In this document: in pieces, positions 34,801 to 45,797 of the stretch | How the letters are laid out: each line of letters starts with the position of its first letter | How positions within the stretch are numbered: the first letter of the stretch is position 1 | Source of the DNA: Myxococcales bacterium SG8_38 | Lineage (GTDB): Bacteria > Myxococcota_A > Polyangia > Polyangiales > Houyiibacteriaceae | Assembly (NCBI GenBank): GCA_001303415.1 | Contig: LJTN01000004.1 | Coordinates: 6,067 to 70,066, forward strand | Length of the DNA stretch: 64,000 bases | Direction of reading: 5' to 3' | Made by a program: the position numbers and the translations under genes | The notes under the pieces: generated by a model | The model's database searches: none | Told to the model about the DNA's origin: nothing | What the model saw: only the letters and a program-made list of their open reading frames with translations

Positions 34801-35268
34801 GTGGGCGTGAGCGAACTATCGGTCATCGGTTGGCGTGAGTGGGTGGCGTTGCCCGACCTCGGCATCTCGCGCATCAAAGCGAAGGTCGACACGGGCGCAC
34901 GTAGCTCGTCCCTTCACGCATACGACATCGAAGTGTTCTCGAGAGGCCCACGCGACTACGTTCGCTTCGTCGTTCACCCCGTGCAACGGGAGACGAAGAC
35001 GACGATCCACTGTATCGCGGAGCTCCACGAGCATCGCCACGTGAAAAGCTCGAGCGGGCACCGGGAGTACCGCCCGATCATCCGAACCTCACTCGAGCTG
35101 GGTGCCGAGCGATGGCCGATCGACCTGACCCTAACTACTCGCGATGCCATGGGATTCAGGATGCTCCTCGGGCGCGAGGCGATTCGAGGGCGGTTCGTGG
35201 TGGAGCCGGGACGCTCATACTTGTGCCGTGGCCTCGTTCCCAAACGCAGGAAGAGGCGCGAAGCATGA
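34801..35268 (+). CDS. RimB-like retropepsin-type / 'ATP-dependent zinc protease' (DUF785) protein
   Basis: [29 protein letters not shown] signature. The stop overlaps the rimK ATG (ATGA). The start is uncertain (GTG 34801 chosen; TTG 34771 is possible). Confidence 0.65.
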   Translation: MGVSELSVIGWREWVALPDLGISRIKAKVDTGARSSSLHAYDIEVFSRGPRDYVRFVVHPVQRETKTTIHCIAELHEHRHVKSSSGHREYRPIIRTSLELGAERWPIDLTLTTRDAMGFRMLLGREAIRGRFVVEPGRSYLCRGLVPKRRKRREA

Positions 35269-36167
35269 AGATCGGAATCCTTTCCAGGAATGCGCGGCTC
35301 TACTCGACCAAGAGGCTGAAAGAAGCCGCCGCGGAGCGAGGTCACACGGTGCGGGTCGTCGACTTCACGCGGTGCTACATGAACATCACATCGCATCGCC
35401 CTCAGGTGCTTCTGGCCGGAACGGCGCTGCAGTTTGATGCGATCATCCCGCGCATCGGTGCGTCCCATACATTCTACGGAACGGCGGTCGTGCGGCAGTT
35501 CGAGATGATGGGGACGTACTCTCTGAATACTTCGCAAGCGATTTCTCGCGCTCGCGACAAGCTGCGTGCGCTCCAGTTGCTGGCTCGGGAGGGGATTGGC
35601 TTGCCGGTGACCGGCTTCGCCCGCTCCACGAAGGACATTCAGGGCTTGATCAAGCTCGTCGGCGGCGCTCCGCTGATCATCAAGCTTCTGGAAGGAACGC
35701 AAGGCATCGGCGTGGTGCTCACAGAAACCGACAAGGCGGCGGAGTCGGTCATGGCGGCCTTCAGCCAGCTCGATGCCAACATTCTGGTTCAAGAGTTCAT
35801 CAAGGAAGCCGAGGGTGCCGACATTCGCGCCTTCGTCATCGGTGACAAAGTCGTGGCCTCTATGATGCGGCAGGGGCCGCGCGGAGAGTTCCGGTCGAAC
35901 CTGCATCGCGGAGGCAAGGCGACGCGGGTGAGACTCACGCCAGAAGAACGCAGCACCGCAGTGCGTTCCGCGAAGAAGCTCGGCCTGCGGGTCGCTGGCG
36001 TCGACATGCTGCGCTCCAATCATGGGCCGGTGGTCATGGAGGTGAACTCCTCGCCTGGGCTCGAGGGAATCGAAACCACCAGCGGCAAAGACGTCGCCGG
36101 AGCCATCATCGAGTACTTGGAGAAGAATGCGAAGCGGGGAAAGACCAAAGACCGGATCCAAGGCTGA
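35265..36167 (+). CDS. rimK: RimK-family alpha-L-glutamate ligase (ATP-grasp)
   Basis: MKIGILS..., [30 protein letters not shown] and [12 protein letters not shown] motifs. Confidence 0.85.
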   Translation: MKIGILSRNARLYSTKRLKEAAAERGHTVRVVDFTRCYMNITSHRPQVLLAGTALQFDAIIPRIGASHTFYGTAVVRQFEMMGTYSLNTSQAISRARDKLRALQLLAREGIGLPVTGFARSTKDIQGLIKLVGGAPLIIKLLEGTQGIGVVLTETDKAAESVMAAFSQLDANILVQEFIKEAEGADIRAFVIGDKVVASMMRQGPRGEFRSNLHRGGKATRVRLTPEERSTAVRSAKKLGLRVAGVDMLRSNHGPVVMEVNSSPGLEGIETTSGKDVAGAIIEYLEKNAKRGKTKDRIQG

Positions 36168-37122
36168 GCCACGCGCTCCCTTCGAGATCAACGGCGTCGC
36201 GGCCCCTCCCGGTAAGCTGACCCAGGTCGAGCTGCGAGTGGCGCGATTGCCCACCGGAATGTGGCTTTCACTTCCCGTCGGTGTGTTGCACGGCCGCAAA
36301 GACGGCCCCGTGATTTGGGTCAGCGGAGCCGTTCATGGGGACGAGCTGATGGGCATACCCATCATCCGCCGCGTGCTGGCTCGGATCGATCCCCAGGATC
36401 TCTCCGGCACGGTCTTGGCCGTACCCGTGATCAACGTATTTGGCTTGATTCAAGAGTCGCGGTACCTGCCCGATCGTCGGGATCTCAATCGGAGCTTTCC
36501 CGGCTCGAAACGCGGCTCCACTGCATCGCAGTTGGCGCATCTATTCATGAAGGAAGTGGTGGCGCGCTCCGACGTGGGTCTCGACGTGCACACCGGATCG
36601 GACGGGCGGGTCAACTTGCCGCAAGTTCGGTGCGATTTGACCGAGCCGAGCACGCTTCGCTTGGCGCGCGAGTTTGGCGCTCCTGTGTTGTTGCACTCGC
36701 GTCTGCGTGATGGCTCCCTGCGTGCGGCGGCGGCGGAAAAGGGCAAAACCGTCCTCCTCTACGAAGGAGGCGAAGCGAATCGATTCGACGCGCGCGCGAT
36801 CGCGCTCGGGGTGGGCGGGGTGCTTCGCGTCATGAAGGCCCTCGGCATGATCGACTACGGCGTGGAATCGCCCGAGGAGCCGCCGCACGTGTACCGGGCG
36901 AGCTCCTGGATCCGCGCGCGGTGCACCGGATTTTGCGAAATGATGGTGAGCCTAGGTACCACCGTGGCTGAAGGGGAAACTGTCGCCGTCATTTTCGACG
37001 CATTAGGGCGCGATCGAACCCTGGTCAGGGCCAACAGCCCTGGAATCGTCATCGGGCACGCCACTTCGGCCCTCGTGCACCGCGGCGATGCCATCGCGCA
37101 CATCGCGGCTTCCACGGACTAG
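36127..37122 (+). CDS. succinylglutamate desuccinylase/aspartoacylase family deacylase (paralog of 26817-27863)
   Basis: [10 protein letters not shown] and GLDVHTGS Zn-site contexts. The start overlaps the rimK 3' end by 41 nt (uncertain). Confidence 0.75.
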   Translation: MRSGERPKTGSKAEPRAPFEINGVAAPPGKLTQVELRVARLPTGMWLSLPVGVLHGRKDGPVIWVSGAVHGDELMGIPIIRRVLARIDPQDLSGTVLAVPVINVFGLIQESRYLPDRRDLNRSFPGSKRGSTASQLAHLFMKEVVARSDVGLDVHTGSDGRVNLPQVRCDLTEPSTLRLAREFGAPVLLHSRLRDGSLRAAAAEKGKTVLLYEGGEANRFDARAIALGVGGVLRVMKALGMIDYGVESPEEPPHVYRASSWIRARCTGFCEMMVSLGTTVAEGETVAVIFDALGRDRTLVRANSPGIVIGHATSALVHRGDAIAHIAASTD

Positions 37123-37199
37123 GCCACGGCGGCCGTATGCCCTCTCATGCCGATCGTTACGAAACTGGCGCTCGTCGTCCTATACTCGCCTCGTAGTTC

Positions 37200-38318
37200 A
37201 TGAAAAAGGCTCGCCGCAAGAACCGTCGCTCCCGGCACTATCTGGATCTCGGAAACCGTTACCGGGTGGGGTCCCCGCCAGGCGTTTTGGAGCCTCATCC
37301 GGAGGCCGCTCCGACGGTCATTCGCAGAATGGTCTACGACGCGGAGGGCTTCAGTGAAGAGCGTTTCGAAAAGTCCATCCCCAAGAACAAGCTCAGCCGC
37401 GAAGCGAACCGGGTCCTTTGGCTCGATGTAGTCGGCCTCGGAAGCGCCGAAGCGCTCAAGCACATCGTCACGACGTTCAATCTCCACGCGCTCGCCGTCG
37501 AGGATGTCCTTCACCAGCGCCAGCGTCCCAAGGCCGAGGTATACGGAGACACGCTGTTCATCGTCGTCAGAATCCCGCACCTTAACGAAGGCTCCACGAC
37601 ATTCGAGCAGGTGAGCATGTTCCTCGGCCGGGATTTCGTCCTTACGTTCCAAGAAGAAGAGGGGGATTGCTTCGACTCGGTGCGGGAGCGCGTCCGCCGC
37701 AGGCAGGGTCGCGTTCGGCACGGAGGCGCCGACTACCTCGCATATGCGATTCTCGACTCCGCCATCGACCAGTACCTTCCGTTGGCCGATTCGATGGGCG
37801 ACCGCATCGACGAAATGGAGCGGGAGATTCTGTCGAAATCCGATTCGTCCGTGGTACAGCGCTTGCTTGATCTTCGCGGCGATCTCAATCATTTGCGGCG
37901 GAACCTGACGCCGGCCCGTGATGCGGTTGCTGCGATGGCGTCCATCGCGGGCACGTTGGTCTCCGATGAGACCAAGATCTACCTCCGAGATTGTCAGGAC
38001 CACATCGTACAGCTCAACGAGGTGACCGAGAGCTACGGCGACACGGTTTCGGCGCTGGTCTCCATACATCTGAGCTTGGCTAGCCAACGTTTGAACGAAG
38101 TGATGAAGGTGCTCACGGTCTTTGCGGCGCTCTTCATGCCTTTGAGCTTCATCGCAGGCGTGTACGGCATGAACTTCGACCCGGACGCGTCGCCCTACAA
38201 CATGCCCGAGCTCGGTTGGGCATACGGTTATCCGCTCGTACTCGTGGTCATGGCCGTTCTTGCAGGGAGCTTGGTCTTGTACTTCCGGCGTCGGGGTTGG
38301 CTCGGGGGCCCACCCTAG
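37200..38318 (+). CDS. corA: CorA-family magnesium/cobalt transporter
   Basis: YGMNF signature between two C-terminal TM helices. Confidence 0.85.
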   Translation: MKKARRKNRRSRHYLDLGNRYRVGSPPGVLEPHPEAAPTVIRRMVYDAEGFSEERFEKSIPKNKLSREANRVLWLDVVGLGSAEALKHIVTTFNLHALAVEDVLHQRQRPKAEVYGDTLFIVVRIPHLNEGSTTFEQVSMFLGRDFVLTFQEEEGDCFDSVRERVRRRQGRVRHGGADYLAYAILDSAIDQYLPLADSMGDRIDEMEREILSKSDSSVVQRLLDLRGDLNHLRRNLTPARDAVAAMASIAGTLVSDETKIYLRDCQDHIVQLNEVTESYGDTVSALVSIHLSLASQRLNEVMKVLTVFAALFMPLSFIAGVYGMNFDPDASPYNMPELGWAYGYPLVLVVMAVLAGSLVLYFRRRGWLGGPP

Positions 38319-38365
38319 GCGCATAAACGCTTGCGTCCTAAAGGGCTCTTCGGTACTCGTACGCC

Positions 38366-38773
38366 ATGAAAGCTAGAGGCGCGTGTGTGTGTGGTGCGGT
38401 CTCCTTTTCGATCGAGGGCCCTTTTCGGGGCTTTCAGTATTGCCATTGCAGCCGCTGCCGCATGAAGACCGGCTCGGCTCACGCGGCAAACATCTTCGTG
38501 CCAGTCGAGCAGTTCGCCTGGGAGCACGGCGAGGACAAGGTCAAGCAGTACGAGCTTCCGACTGCGAAGTACTGGCGCACCGCGTTCTGCACGGAATGCG
38601 GCTCGGCGATGCCTTGGCTCACGAAAAACGGGAAGGCCATGGTCGTCGGCGCCGGCACACTGGTCGATGACCCGGGCATCAGGCCGCATTTCAACGTCTT
38701 TTTCGGATCCCGCGCGCCCTGGTACGTGCATGCTGCCGACCTCGAAACGCACGAGACGATTCCTGGAGCGTAG
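38366..38773 (+). CDS. GFA-family (CENP-V/glutathione-dependent formaldehyde-activating) protein
   Basis: Cys ligand pattern CVCG...YCHCSRC...CTECGS. Confidence 0.75.
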   Translation: MKARGACVCGAVSFSIEGPFRGFQYCHCSRCRMKTGSAHAANIFVPVEQFAWEHGEDKVKQYELPTAKYWRTAFCTECGSAMPWLTKNGKAMVVGAGTLVDDPGIRPHFNVFFGSRAPWYVHAADLETHETIPGA

Positions 38774-38832
38774 GATACCCTCCGGCAGGGTACCGGGCGG
38801 AGAGAGGGACAACGCTTGCGAAACCACCGCAT

Positions 38833-39666
38833 GTGAAGAGCAATGGTCGGCCCGAGAGGTTTGCATGGGAAATGCCCCCAATTGACATCGTACGGGAGCG
38901 CATCGAAGCGCTGGCCCCATCGGCCTCCCTAGGACACCGGGGCACCGGGCCCACCCGCGAAGGCCATCCCTTTCCGGAGAATTCGATCTCATCGTTCCTG
39001 GCTGCCATCGAGCAGGGCGCCGACGGGATAGAGCTCGACGTGGAGATTACCCAGGATGGTGAGCTCATCGTCATGCACGACGACACACTCGATCGCACCA
39101 CCGATTGTACGGGTTGCGTGAGCGAGCTGACTTTCGACCAGATTCGCGCTTGCCGTTTGCTGGACGGAGACGGGAACCCTACGGAGGAGGGGCCGCCCAC
39201 CTTGATGGAGGTCTACGAAGCGATCGGTCTGAACACCCTCGTCAACATCGAGCTGAAGGTCTTCGAGCCTCCATGCTTGACGGCAACCACCGGTCCGGAC
39301 GCCCTGGTGGCGGCGGTGCTCGAAGAGATAGCGCGAATCGGCGCTGCCGACCGAACGATCTTCTCGTCATTCGATTTGCTCGCGGTCGAGCTGATCAAGA
39401 CGCAGAAGCCAGGTTACTACTGCGCGCTGATCGGAAACGAGACCGAAAACGGGCTTGTCGACGATGCAATGCGCTTCGGCCAAGACGCAATCCATCCATT
39501 CCTCAGCGTGTCTGCCGAAACGGTCCAGAGCGCCCTCGATCAGGGGCTCCAAGTCACCGTGTGGACGGTGAACACCGCCGCATCCATGCAAGCGGCCATC
39601 GACAAGGGCTCGACGGCGATCATCACCGATCAACCCGCGGTCCTCTCGCAGCTGCTCGGTCGCTAG
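38833..39666 (+). CDS. glycerophosphodiester phosphodiesterase
   Basis: GHRG..PENS and GIELDV..T.DG..VVMHD motifs. An alternative start is ATG 38872. Confidence 0.8.
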   Translation: MKSNGRPERFAWEMPPIDIVRERIEALAPSASLGHRGTGPTREGHPFPENSISSFLAAIEQGADGIELDVEITQDGELIVMHDDTLDRTTDCTGCVSELTFDQIRACRLLDGDGNPTEEGPPTLMEVYEAIGLNTLVNIELKVFEPPCLTATTGPDALVAAVLEEIARIGAADRTIFSSFDLLAVELIKTQKPGYYCALIGNETENGLVDDAMRFGQDAIHPFLSVSAETVQSALDQGLQVTVWTVNTAASMQAAIDKGSTAIITDQPAVLSQLLGR

Positions 39667-41087
39667 CGAGGAAGGATCGGCCAGGGCGCTGCTTCTTCGA
39701 GCTCCAGCGCGAGCTCCAGCAGCGTGCGCTCCTGGCCTAGACGGGATGCGAACTGCACGCCGATGGGGAGGCCTTCGCTGCTGGTCGCGAGCGGAAGCGA
39801 GATGGCCGGCCCGCCGGCCACGTTCTGGACGGGCGTGAACGGTATGAACCATTTCAAGCGTTCCAACGCGGTCTCGAAAGCGACCTCGGGTCCGAGGAAA
39901 CCGAGCGGCGGAGGCGGCATCGCCAGGGTCGGATTCATCAAGACGTCGTATCGCTCGAAGCCGCGATCATAGTGGTGCGCAAACCGGCGAAGCCGCCAAA
40001 CCGCCATGGGAACCTTCAGCGCGTTGTCTTTGCAATGACGGACGAGGCCTTCGGTGAATGGCTCGACCTTGCTTCGATCGAGCTCGGGGTGGATTAGCTG
40101 TTTGCCAAAGCGAGTGATGACGAACGCCATCGTCGACCACAACAAGAAGAAATCCTCGTGAAACCCTTCGTCGAACGGCGCCGGGACCTCTTCGACCGAA
40201 TGGCCCTGGCGTTCGCAGAGAGCGGCCGCAGCGTGAACCGCGCCTACACATTCGGGATGGGCTGGCGCGTGCGCACCGAGCTCCACGAAAAATCCAATCC
40301 GCAGGCGCCGGCCCGGACGCGTCACCAAACCGATCTGCGGAAGCTTCGGGTTGCGGCGATACTTTTCGGCCCCGTGCAAGAACGCCGCTGTATCGCGAAC
40401 CGTGCGGCTGACCATGCCCTGATGCAGGATCTTGACGGGCAAGAGCTCCGAGCCCTCGATTTCCGCGACACGGCCCCGCGAGGGCTTGAGCCCGACCAGG
40501 CCGCAGCAGGAGGCCGGGATTCGAATGGAGCCCCCGCCATCGTTCGCATGGGCTATCGGCACCACGCCCGCCGCCACCAACGCCGCCGAGCCGCCCGACG
40601 AGCCGCCCGGAGAAAACCCTGGTTTCCAGGGGTTGTGAGTCGGACCGCAAACCAGCGCTTCGGTGGTCCCCGTAAGTCCGAATTCGGGTGTGGTGGTCTT
40701 TCCCAGATTGATGAAGCCGAGGGACAAGAACTGTTCGACAAAGGGTGATGTCTTTTGAACGGGTGTGCGGGGCATCCCCCGCGACCCGAACAACAAGGGA
40801 GATCCGGCAACCTCGTCGGTGTCCTTGATGAACGAGGGCACGCCGCCAAAGACGCCGGGCGGAGGGGAGAGCGCCCGCTCCCGCGCGGAATCGAAGAGCG
40901 GCGTCGCGATCGCGTTGAGCAATGGATTTACACGCTCGGCTCTCGAAATCGCAGCCTCCACGGCGTCTCGGGCATGGATCTCCCCAGAGCGAATTCGCCT
41001 GGCAATCTCGACGGCATCCGCGGCGCCGATAACATCGTCACAAAACGCGCTCACCACGTTCGTGGGCGTCGCGGGGTGCGTCTGCAT
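39663..41087 (-). CDS. amidase-signature family amidase
   Basis: [14 protein letters not shown] signature. Its stop codon shares the palindromic CTAG (39663-39666) with the GDPD gene stop. Confidence 0.85.
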   Translation of the reverse strand: MQTHPATPTNVVSAFCDDVIGAADAVEIARRIRSGEIHARDAVEAAISRAERVNPLLNAIATPLFDSARERALSPPPGVFGGVPSFIKDTDEVAGSPLLFGSRGMPRTPVQKTSPFVEQFLSLGFINLGKTTTPEFGLTGTTEALVCGPTHNPWKPGFSPGGSSGGSAALVAAGVVPIAHANDGGGSIRIPASCCGLVGLKPSRGRVAEIEGSELLPVKILHQGMVSRTVRDTAAFLHGAEKYRRNPKLPQIGLVTRPGRRLRIGFFVELGAHAPAHPECVGAVHAAAALCERQGHSVEEVPAPFDEGFHEDFFLLWSTMAFVITRFGKQLIHPELDRSKVEPFTEGLVRHCKDNALKVPMAVWRLRRFAHHYDRGFERYDVLMNPTLAMPPPPLGFLGPEVAFETALERLKWFIPFTPVQNVAGGPAISLPLATSSEGLPIGVQFASRLGQERTLLELALELEEAAPWPILPR

Positions 41088-41184
41088 CGCAAATCCATAT
41101 CACATCTCGTCGGAATCACATCTCGTCCGATGGGGCTTTGCCCGCGGAGTATCATGGGCTACCAATCGGCACGGGAGCAGACAG

Positions 41185-42018
41185 ATGAAAGACTTCAAAG
41201 GGAAAGTAGCCGCTGTCACGGGTGCTGCGTCCGGCATCGGGCGCGAGCTTGCGATCGAGCTTGGGCGACAGGGCTGCCACCTGGCGCTGTCCGACGTCAA
41301 CGAACAGGGCCTCCGAGAGACCGTGGAACGGTCCCAGAGCTTCGAAGTGCAGGTGACCTCGCAGACGGTCGACGTGGCGGACCGCAACGCCGTGTACGCA
41401 TGGGCCGAGCGCGTCGCAGCCGATCACGGCAAGGTCAATTTGCTCTTCAACAACGCGGGGGTCGCGTTGAGCAGCACCGTCGAGAAGATGAGCTACGAAG
41501 ATTTCGAGTGGTTGATGAACATCAATTTCTGGGGAGTCGTCTATGGCACCAAGGCGTTCTTGCCTCACCTCCGGGCATCGGGTGACGGTCACATCGTGAA
41601 CATCTCGAGTGTCTTCGGGTTGGCCGGCATCCCCAGCCAGGCTGCTTACAACTCCGCCAAGTTTGCCGTCCGCGGCTTCACGGAAAGCCTTCGGCAAGAG
41701 CTCGACATCATGAGGTGCGGCGTGAGCGCAACCAGCGTTCATCCAGGGGGGATCAAGACCGCGATCGCACGGTCCGCTCGTGTGGACCCGAGCATCCGAG
41801 ATCTCGGCATCGACGAGGTGAAAGCAGGGGAGAAGTTCGAAAGAGCCTTCATCACCAGCCCGAACAAGGCTGCGTGCATCATCCTTGCCGCAGTGCGTGC
41901 AAACAAGCGCCGCGTGCTAGTCGGTCCTGATGCACGGGTGTTCGACTGGATGGTACGCTTGCTGCCTTCCAGTTACCAGGGCATCACCAGGGGCTACGCC
42001 AAGCTCACTGCGAAATAG
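41185..42018 (+). CDS. SDR-family oxidoreductase
   Basis: Internal ATG 41185 behind GGGAG. AAVTGAASGIGRE, NNAG and YNSAKFA motifs. Confidence 0.8.
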   Translation: MKDFKGKVAAVTGAASGIGRELAIELGRQGCHLALSDVNEQGLRETVERSQSFEVQVTSQTVDVADRNAVYAWAERVAADHGKVNLLFNNAGVALSSTVEKMSYEDFEWLMNINFWGVVYGTKAFLPHLRASGDGHIVNISSVFGLAGIPSQAAYNSAKFAVRGFTESLRQELDIMRCGVSATSVHPGGIKTAIARSARVDPSIRDLGIDEVKAGEKFERAFITSPNKAACIILAAVRANKRRVLVGPDARVFDWMVRLLPSSYQGITRGYAKLTAK

Positions 42019-42033
42019 CTGCTGCGGGATTCT

Positions 42034-42591
42034 GTGAAGCTCAAGTACATCCCGAACCTGATTTGCATCGTTCGCATCTTCCTGGTTGCGCCGATCATCT
42101 GGGCTTTGTTGGACGGGCGCTACGGCCTATCGCTCCTTCTGATCCTGAGCGCCGGTCTGTCCGATGCCTTAGACGGGTATCTGGCGCGGCGATTCGACTG
42201 GCGCACGCGACTCGGGGGCCTGCTCGACCCCGCCGCCGACAAGCTGCTCATGCTGAGCCTGTTTCTGACGCTCAGCTGGTTGGGATGGGTACCCGTATGG
42301 TTCACGGCCATCGTCATCGGCCGCGACGTGGTCATCGTCGTCGGCATCATCGCGTACCATTCCCTCGTCGGGCCTGTTCACGGCAGCCCCACCCTGGCAA
42401 GCAAGCTCAATACGGTGCTTCAAATCGCGTTCGCGTTGTTGGTCACCACGCACGCTTGGCGGGGTTGGCCGTCCGCGCCGTGGTTGAAGGGACTGGAGGC
42501 CGCGGTCCTAGTGACCATCGCCATCAGCGTCGTCCAATACGTATCGGCGGGGGTTGTGGCGCTCCGAGAGGTGAAGCGGTCCGAGGGTTAG
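42034..42591 (+). CDS. CDP-alcohol phosphatidyltransferase family protein
   Basis: Full D-G-x2-A-R-x8-G-x3-D-x3-D motif (DALDGYLARRFDWRTRLGGLLDPAADK). It starts 16 nt after the SDR stop. Confidence 0.8.
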   Translation: MKLKYIPNLICIVRIFLVAPIIWALLDGRYGLSLLLILSAGLSDALDGYLARRFDWRTRLGGLLDPAADKLLMLSLFLTLSWLGWVPVWFTAIVIGRDVVIVVGIIAYHSLVGPVHGSPTLASKLNTVLQIAFALLVTTHAWRGWPSAPWLKGLEAAVLVTIAISVVQYVSAGVVALREVKRSEG

Positions 42592-42601
42592 CCCCGGCCG
42601 T

Positions 42602-43360
42602 TCAGCAGCGCTCCGGTGCTTCGAATCGGCCTCTCATGTTGCCCATCCACATGCTCATGAGCGCTGGTTTGGGAAGGCCGAGCGAGCGGAGCTCGTCGGC
42701 GATTGGATGCGCGCCCAGCTCGATCTGCACACCACCGAGGTGCACTCCCATGCCGTCGGCGCTCGAAGCGAAGCGGGTCTCGTGTAGGGCTCCATCGATG
42801 TAGCTGTATGTTCGCAGCGTCTGCTCCGGAAGATCGCGGTGTCCCCCGAGAGGCAGGGTTAGCTTCAATACGGTGTGACCGTCCTTGTTCCAAATACAGC
42901 GGGCCCTATCGCCAGTCGTGTCGAAATCGATGTCGTCGACGGTCTTTGGAAAGCCCCAAATGGCCCGTCCCGCTTCGCAGGTGAACGACTGGTCGACCGG
43001 CAGATGAAGGATGTGCGTCGGAAGAGCGCCGCGCATCATATCGATCGCAGTGCCCACGTAGGGCACGATCCTGCGCTTACCCCGTTTGCGCACGAAGAGC
43101 GCAACGGATACCTCGTTGTAGTCGCCGAGGTCGTTGTCCCGGTAGTCGATGCACGCGATGCTGAGGAGCCCCCGGCGCGGTAGGATCTCCGCGATCTGCA
43201 GCTCCGGTCCGGGCAGCAGGGCCTGGGCCGCCCCGGAGCTGACCACCCAGGTCGCCGTGGCCACGCACGCATCGCGAACGACGCAAGGCATGGTCACCGT
43301 TTGCCCTCGGATCACGTACTGTTTCGGATTCGAATCTTGCTCACGCGCCGCCGGCTTCAT
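42602..43360 (-). CDS. acetoacetate decarboxylase (ADC)-family protein
   Basis: 252-aa protein whose overall pattern recalls ADC-like beta-cone proteins. Recalled similarity only. Confidence 0.55.
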   Translation of the reverse strand: MKPAAREQDSNPKQYVIRGQTVTMPCVVRDACVATATWVVSSGAAQALLPGPELQIAEILPRRGLLSIACIDYRDNDLGDYNEVSVALFVRKRGKRRIVPYVGTAIDMMRGALPTHILHLPVDQSFTCEAGRAIWGFPKTVDDIDFDTTGDRARCIWNKDGHTVLKLTLPLGGHRDLPEQTLRTYSYIDGALHETRFASSADGMGVHLGGVQIELGAHPIADELRSLGLPKPALMSMWMGNMRGRFEAPERC

Positions 43361-43390
43361 CGCAACGGAGTATTGAGGAGATGAACGGGC

Positions 43391-43433
43391 TTGACACGGG
43401 GTGGTTATTTCGTATTTAGACGAAGTACGAAAT
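43391..43433 (+). promoter_or_regulatory. ars promoter/operator: TTGACA -35, TATTTA -10-like, and inverted repeat ATTTCGTA-N11-TACGAAAT
   Basis: Read directly: TTGACA at 43391-43396, and IR arms at 43407-43414 and 43426-43433. The right arm overlaps the arsR ATG at 43432. Confidence 0.45.
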
Positions 43434-43803
43434 GAGCTCGAAGCCCTGGATGACCGCTTCCGACTGCCCTCCCGATCGCATGACCGTCACGCAAGCGCTG
43501 ACGCAGCACGATGCAGCGGCCGATCTGGCGAGGCTTGCAAAAGCCTTGGGTCATCCCGCCCGGGTTCACATCGTCCGAACGCTGCTTGCCAAGGACACGT
43601 GCGTGGCGGGCGAGCTCTCCGATGAGCTACCGCTCGCGGCGTCGACGGTGTCTCAGCACCTCAAGATCCTCAAAGAAGCGGGGATCATCAAGGGCGAGGT
43701 GGATGGGCCCCGTCGCTGCTACTGCGTGGATCGATCCGCGCTCGGGTACCTGGCGGATCTCGTCGAAGCGCTCCACCCCGCAACGGAACGACAATCAAAA
43801 TGA
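43432..43803 (+). CDS. arsR: ArsR/SmtB-family metalloregulator
   Basis: [18 protein letters not shown]......[16 protein letters not shown] winged HTH. The stop overlaps the acr3 ATG (ATGA). Confidence 0.8.
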   Translation: MSSKPWMTASDCPPDRMTVTQALTQHDAAADLARLAKALGHPARVHIVRTLLAKDTCVAGELSDELPLAASTVSQHLKILKEAGIIKGEVDGPRRCYCVDRSALGYLADLVEALHPATERQSK

Positions 43804-44867
43804 CGAGCCCGAACCGTCGCCTTTCCTTCTTCGATCGATATCTGACGCTGTGGATCTTCGTCGCTATGGGGCTTGGAATTGCCCTCGGGTATCGAGTGCC
43901 TAGCTTTGCAAGAGCGCTGGACGCCATGAGCATCGGCACCACGTCCATCCCCATCGCCGTCGGCCTCATCCTGATGATGTACCCTCCCCTCGCCAAGGTC
44001 CGGTACGAAGAGATGGGGCGCGTCTTTCGAAACAAGAAGGTGCTGACCCTATCTTTGGTGCAGAACTGGATCATCGGCCCCATGCTCATGTTCGTTCTCG
44101 CGGTGGTGTTTCTGCCGGACAAACCCGAGTACATGGTCGGCCTGATCATCATCGGCCTCGCACGCTGCATTGCGATGGTGATCGTATGGAACGACCTCGC
44201 GCACGGCGACCGTGAATTCGCGGCCGGACTGGTCGCCTTCAACTCCATCTTTCAGATTCTGTTTTTCTCGTTCTATGCCTGGTTCTTCGTGACGTGGTTG
44301 CCGGCAATGCTCGGTCTCGAAGGCATGGCCGTCGACATCACCATCGCCGAAATCGCCAAGAGCGTGGCCATCTACCTCGGGATTCCCTTCGCTGCCGGCT
44401 TCCTCACTCGAATGAGCATGATCAGAGCCAGGGGACGTGAGTGGTACGAGCGCTCGTTCGCACCACGCATCGGTCCAATCACCCTCGTTGCCTTGCTATT
44501 CACCATCGTCGTGATGTTCTCGCTCAAGGGCGACAGCATCGTGGCGCTTCCATTGGACGTGATTCGAGTGGCCGTGCCGCTGTTGATCTATTTCGTGGCC
44601 ATGTTCTTCATCTCGTTCTGGCTGTCCAAGGTTGCCGGCGCGAGCTATCCCGTGGCCACGACCCTTTCCTTCACCGCAGCATCGAACAACTTCGAGCTGG
44701 CGATCGCGGTGGCCGTTGCGACCTTTGGAATCCATCACGGTGCTGCGTTTGCAGCCGTGATCGGTCCTTTGGTCGAGGTTCCGGTCATGATTGGGCTGGT
44801 CAACGTCGCTCTGTGGCTCCGTGGGCGGCACTTCCCCGAGCCCGCCGTGCTAGAAGCCTCTGGATGA
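43800..44867 (+). CDS. acr3: ACR3-family arsenite efflux transporter
   Basis: [11 protein letters not shown] and [13 protein letters not shown] signatures. The protein is 355 aa and polytopic. Confidence 0.85.
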   Translation: MTSPNRRLSFFDRYLTLWIFVAMGLGIALGYRVPSFARALDAMSIGTTSIPIAVGLILMMYPPLAKVRYEEMGRVFRNKKVLTLSLVQNWIIGPMLMFVLAVVFLPDKPEYMVGLIIIGLARCIAMVIVWNDLAHGDREFAAGLVAFNSIFQILFFSFYAWFFVTWLPAMLGLEGMAVDITIAEIAKSVAIYLGIPFAAGFLTRMSMIRARGREWYERSFAPRIGPITLVALLFTIVVMFSLKGDSIVALPLDVIRVAVPLLIYFVAMFFISFWLSKVAGASYPVATTLSFTAASNNFELAIAVAVATFGIHHGAAFAAVIGPLVEVPVMIGLVNVALWLRGRHFPEPAVLEASG

Positions 44868-45739
44868 GCGACACAGAGAGCACAGTGGCCGTCGTCACCG
44901 GCGCAAGCCGCGGCGTCGGAAAGGGCATTGCGATCGCGCTCGGCGCGTCGGGTGCAACGGTCTACGTGACGGGCCGGAGCACCCGAGATGGCGCGAGCCA
45001 TCCTCTCGGCGGAACCGTGCAAGAGACCGCGCGGGCCGTGACCGAAGCAGGAGGAAGGGGGATTCCCGTATCTTGCGACCATGCCGATGACGACCAGACG
45101 CGGCAGCTGTTCGAGCGGGTCAGCGAGGGGGAGGGCCGACTCGATATCTTGGTCAACAACGCAACCGCGATCCCGCGCGACCTTGCCAAGCCAGGCCCGT
45201 TTTGGGAAAAATCTCTCGATTTGGTGCGCATGCTCGACGTCGGGCAGCGCTCGCACTACGTCGCAACGTACTTTGCCGCTCCGTTGCTCGTACGCTCGGG
45301 CGGGGCTCTGGTGGTGTTCACTTCGAGCTTTGGCGCGCGTTGCTACATGCATGGTCCTGCATACGGCGCTGGGAAGGCGGGTGTCGACAAGATGGCGATG
45401 GACATGGCCGTCGATTTCCGAGATCACGATGTCGCATCGATGAGCCTCTGGCTCGGCTTCGTGCGTACCGAGCGAAACGAGCCGCTCTTTCATCATCCCG
45501 ATGCGATGAAGGGGTCCTACGGGAAGTTTCTCGCCAACGCCGAGAGCCCAGAGCTCGTGGGCCGCGTGATTCACGCATTGCACCGCGATCCTCGGCGGAT
45601 GATGCGCTCGGGCCGCGTGCTCATCGTGTCGGAGCTCGCGCAAGAGCTGGGGATCCGCGAATCAAACGGTCGGCAACCCGAATCCAATCGGCAAGCGCTA
45701 GGTGCGCCTCCAGAGCCGAGCCCGGTGGTGGTGCGCTAG
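44864..45739 (+). CDS. SDR-family oxidoreductase translationally coupled to acr3
   Basis: ATG 44864 overlaps the acr3 TGA (ATGA). [16 protein letters not shown] and YGAGKAG motifs. Confidence 0.75.
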   Translation: MSDTESTVAVVTGASRGVGKGIAIALGASGATVYVTGRSTRDGASHPLGGTVQETARAVTEAGGRGIPVSCDHADDDQTRQLFERVSEGEGRLDILVNNATAIPRDLAKPGPFWEKSLDLVRMLDVGQRSHYVATYFAAPLLVRSGGALVVFTSSFGARCYMHGPAYGAGKAGVDKMAMDMAVDFRDHDVASMSLWLGFVRTERNEPLFHHPDAMKGSYGKFLANAESPELVGRVIHALHRDPRRMMRSGRVLIVSELAQELGIRESNGRQPESNRQALGAPPEPSPVVVR

Positions 45740-45797
45740 ACCGAGTGCTTCGGCGTCCTGAGGCTTCGAGGGCGGATCGGTTCGGAGTGTACTCGGT

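Noticed and set aside
37123-37199. Possible Mg2+ riboswitch (M-box) upstream of corA, and likewise upstream of mgtE
   Set aside because: The leaders are far too short: 77 nt before corA, and mgtE overlaps its upstream gene. Neither can hold an M-box of about 160 nt, and no conserved M-box helices are seen.
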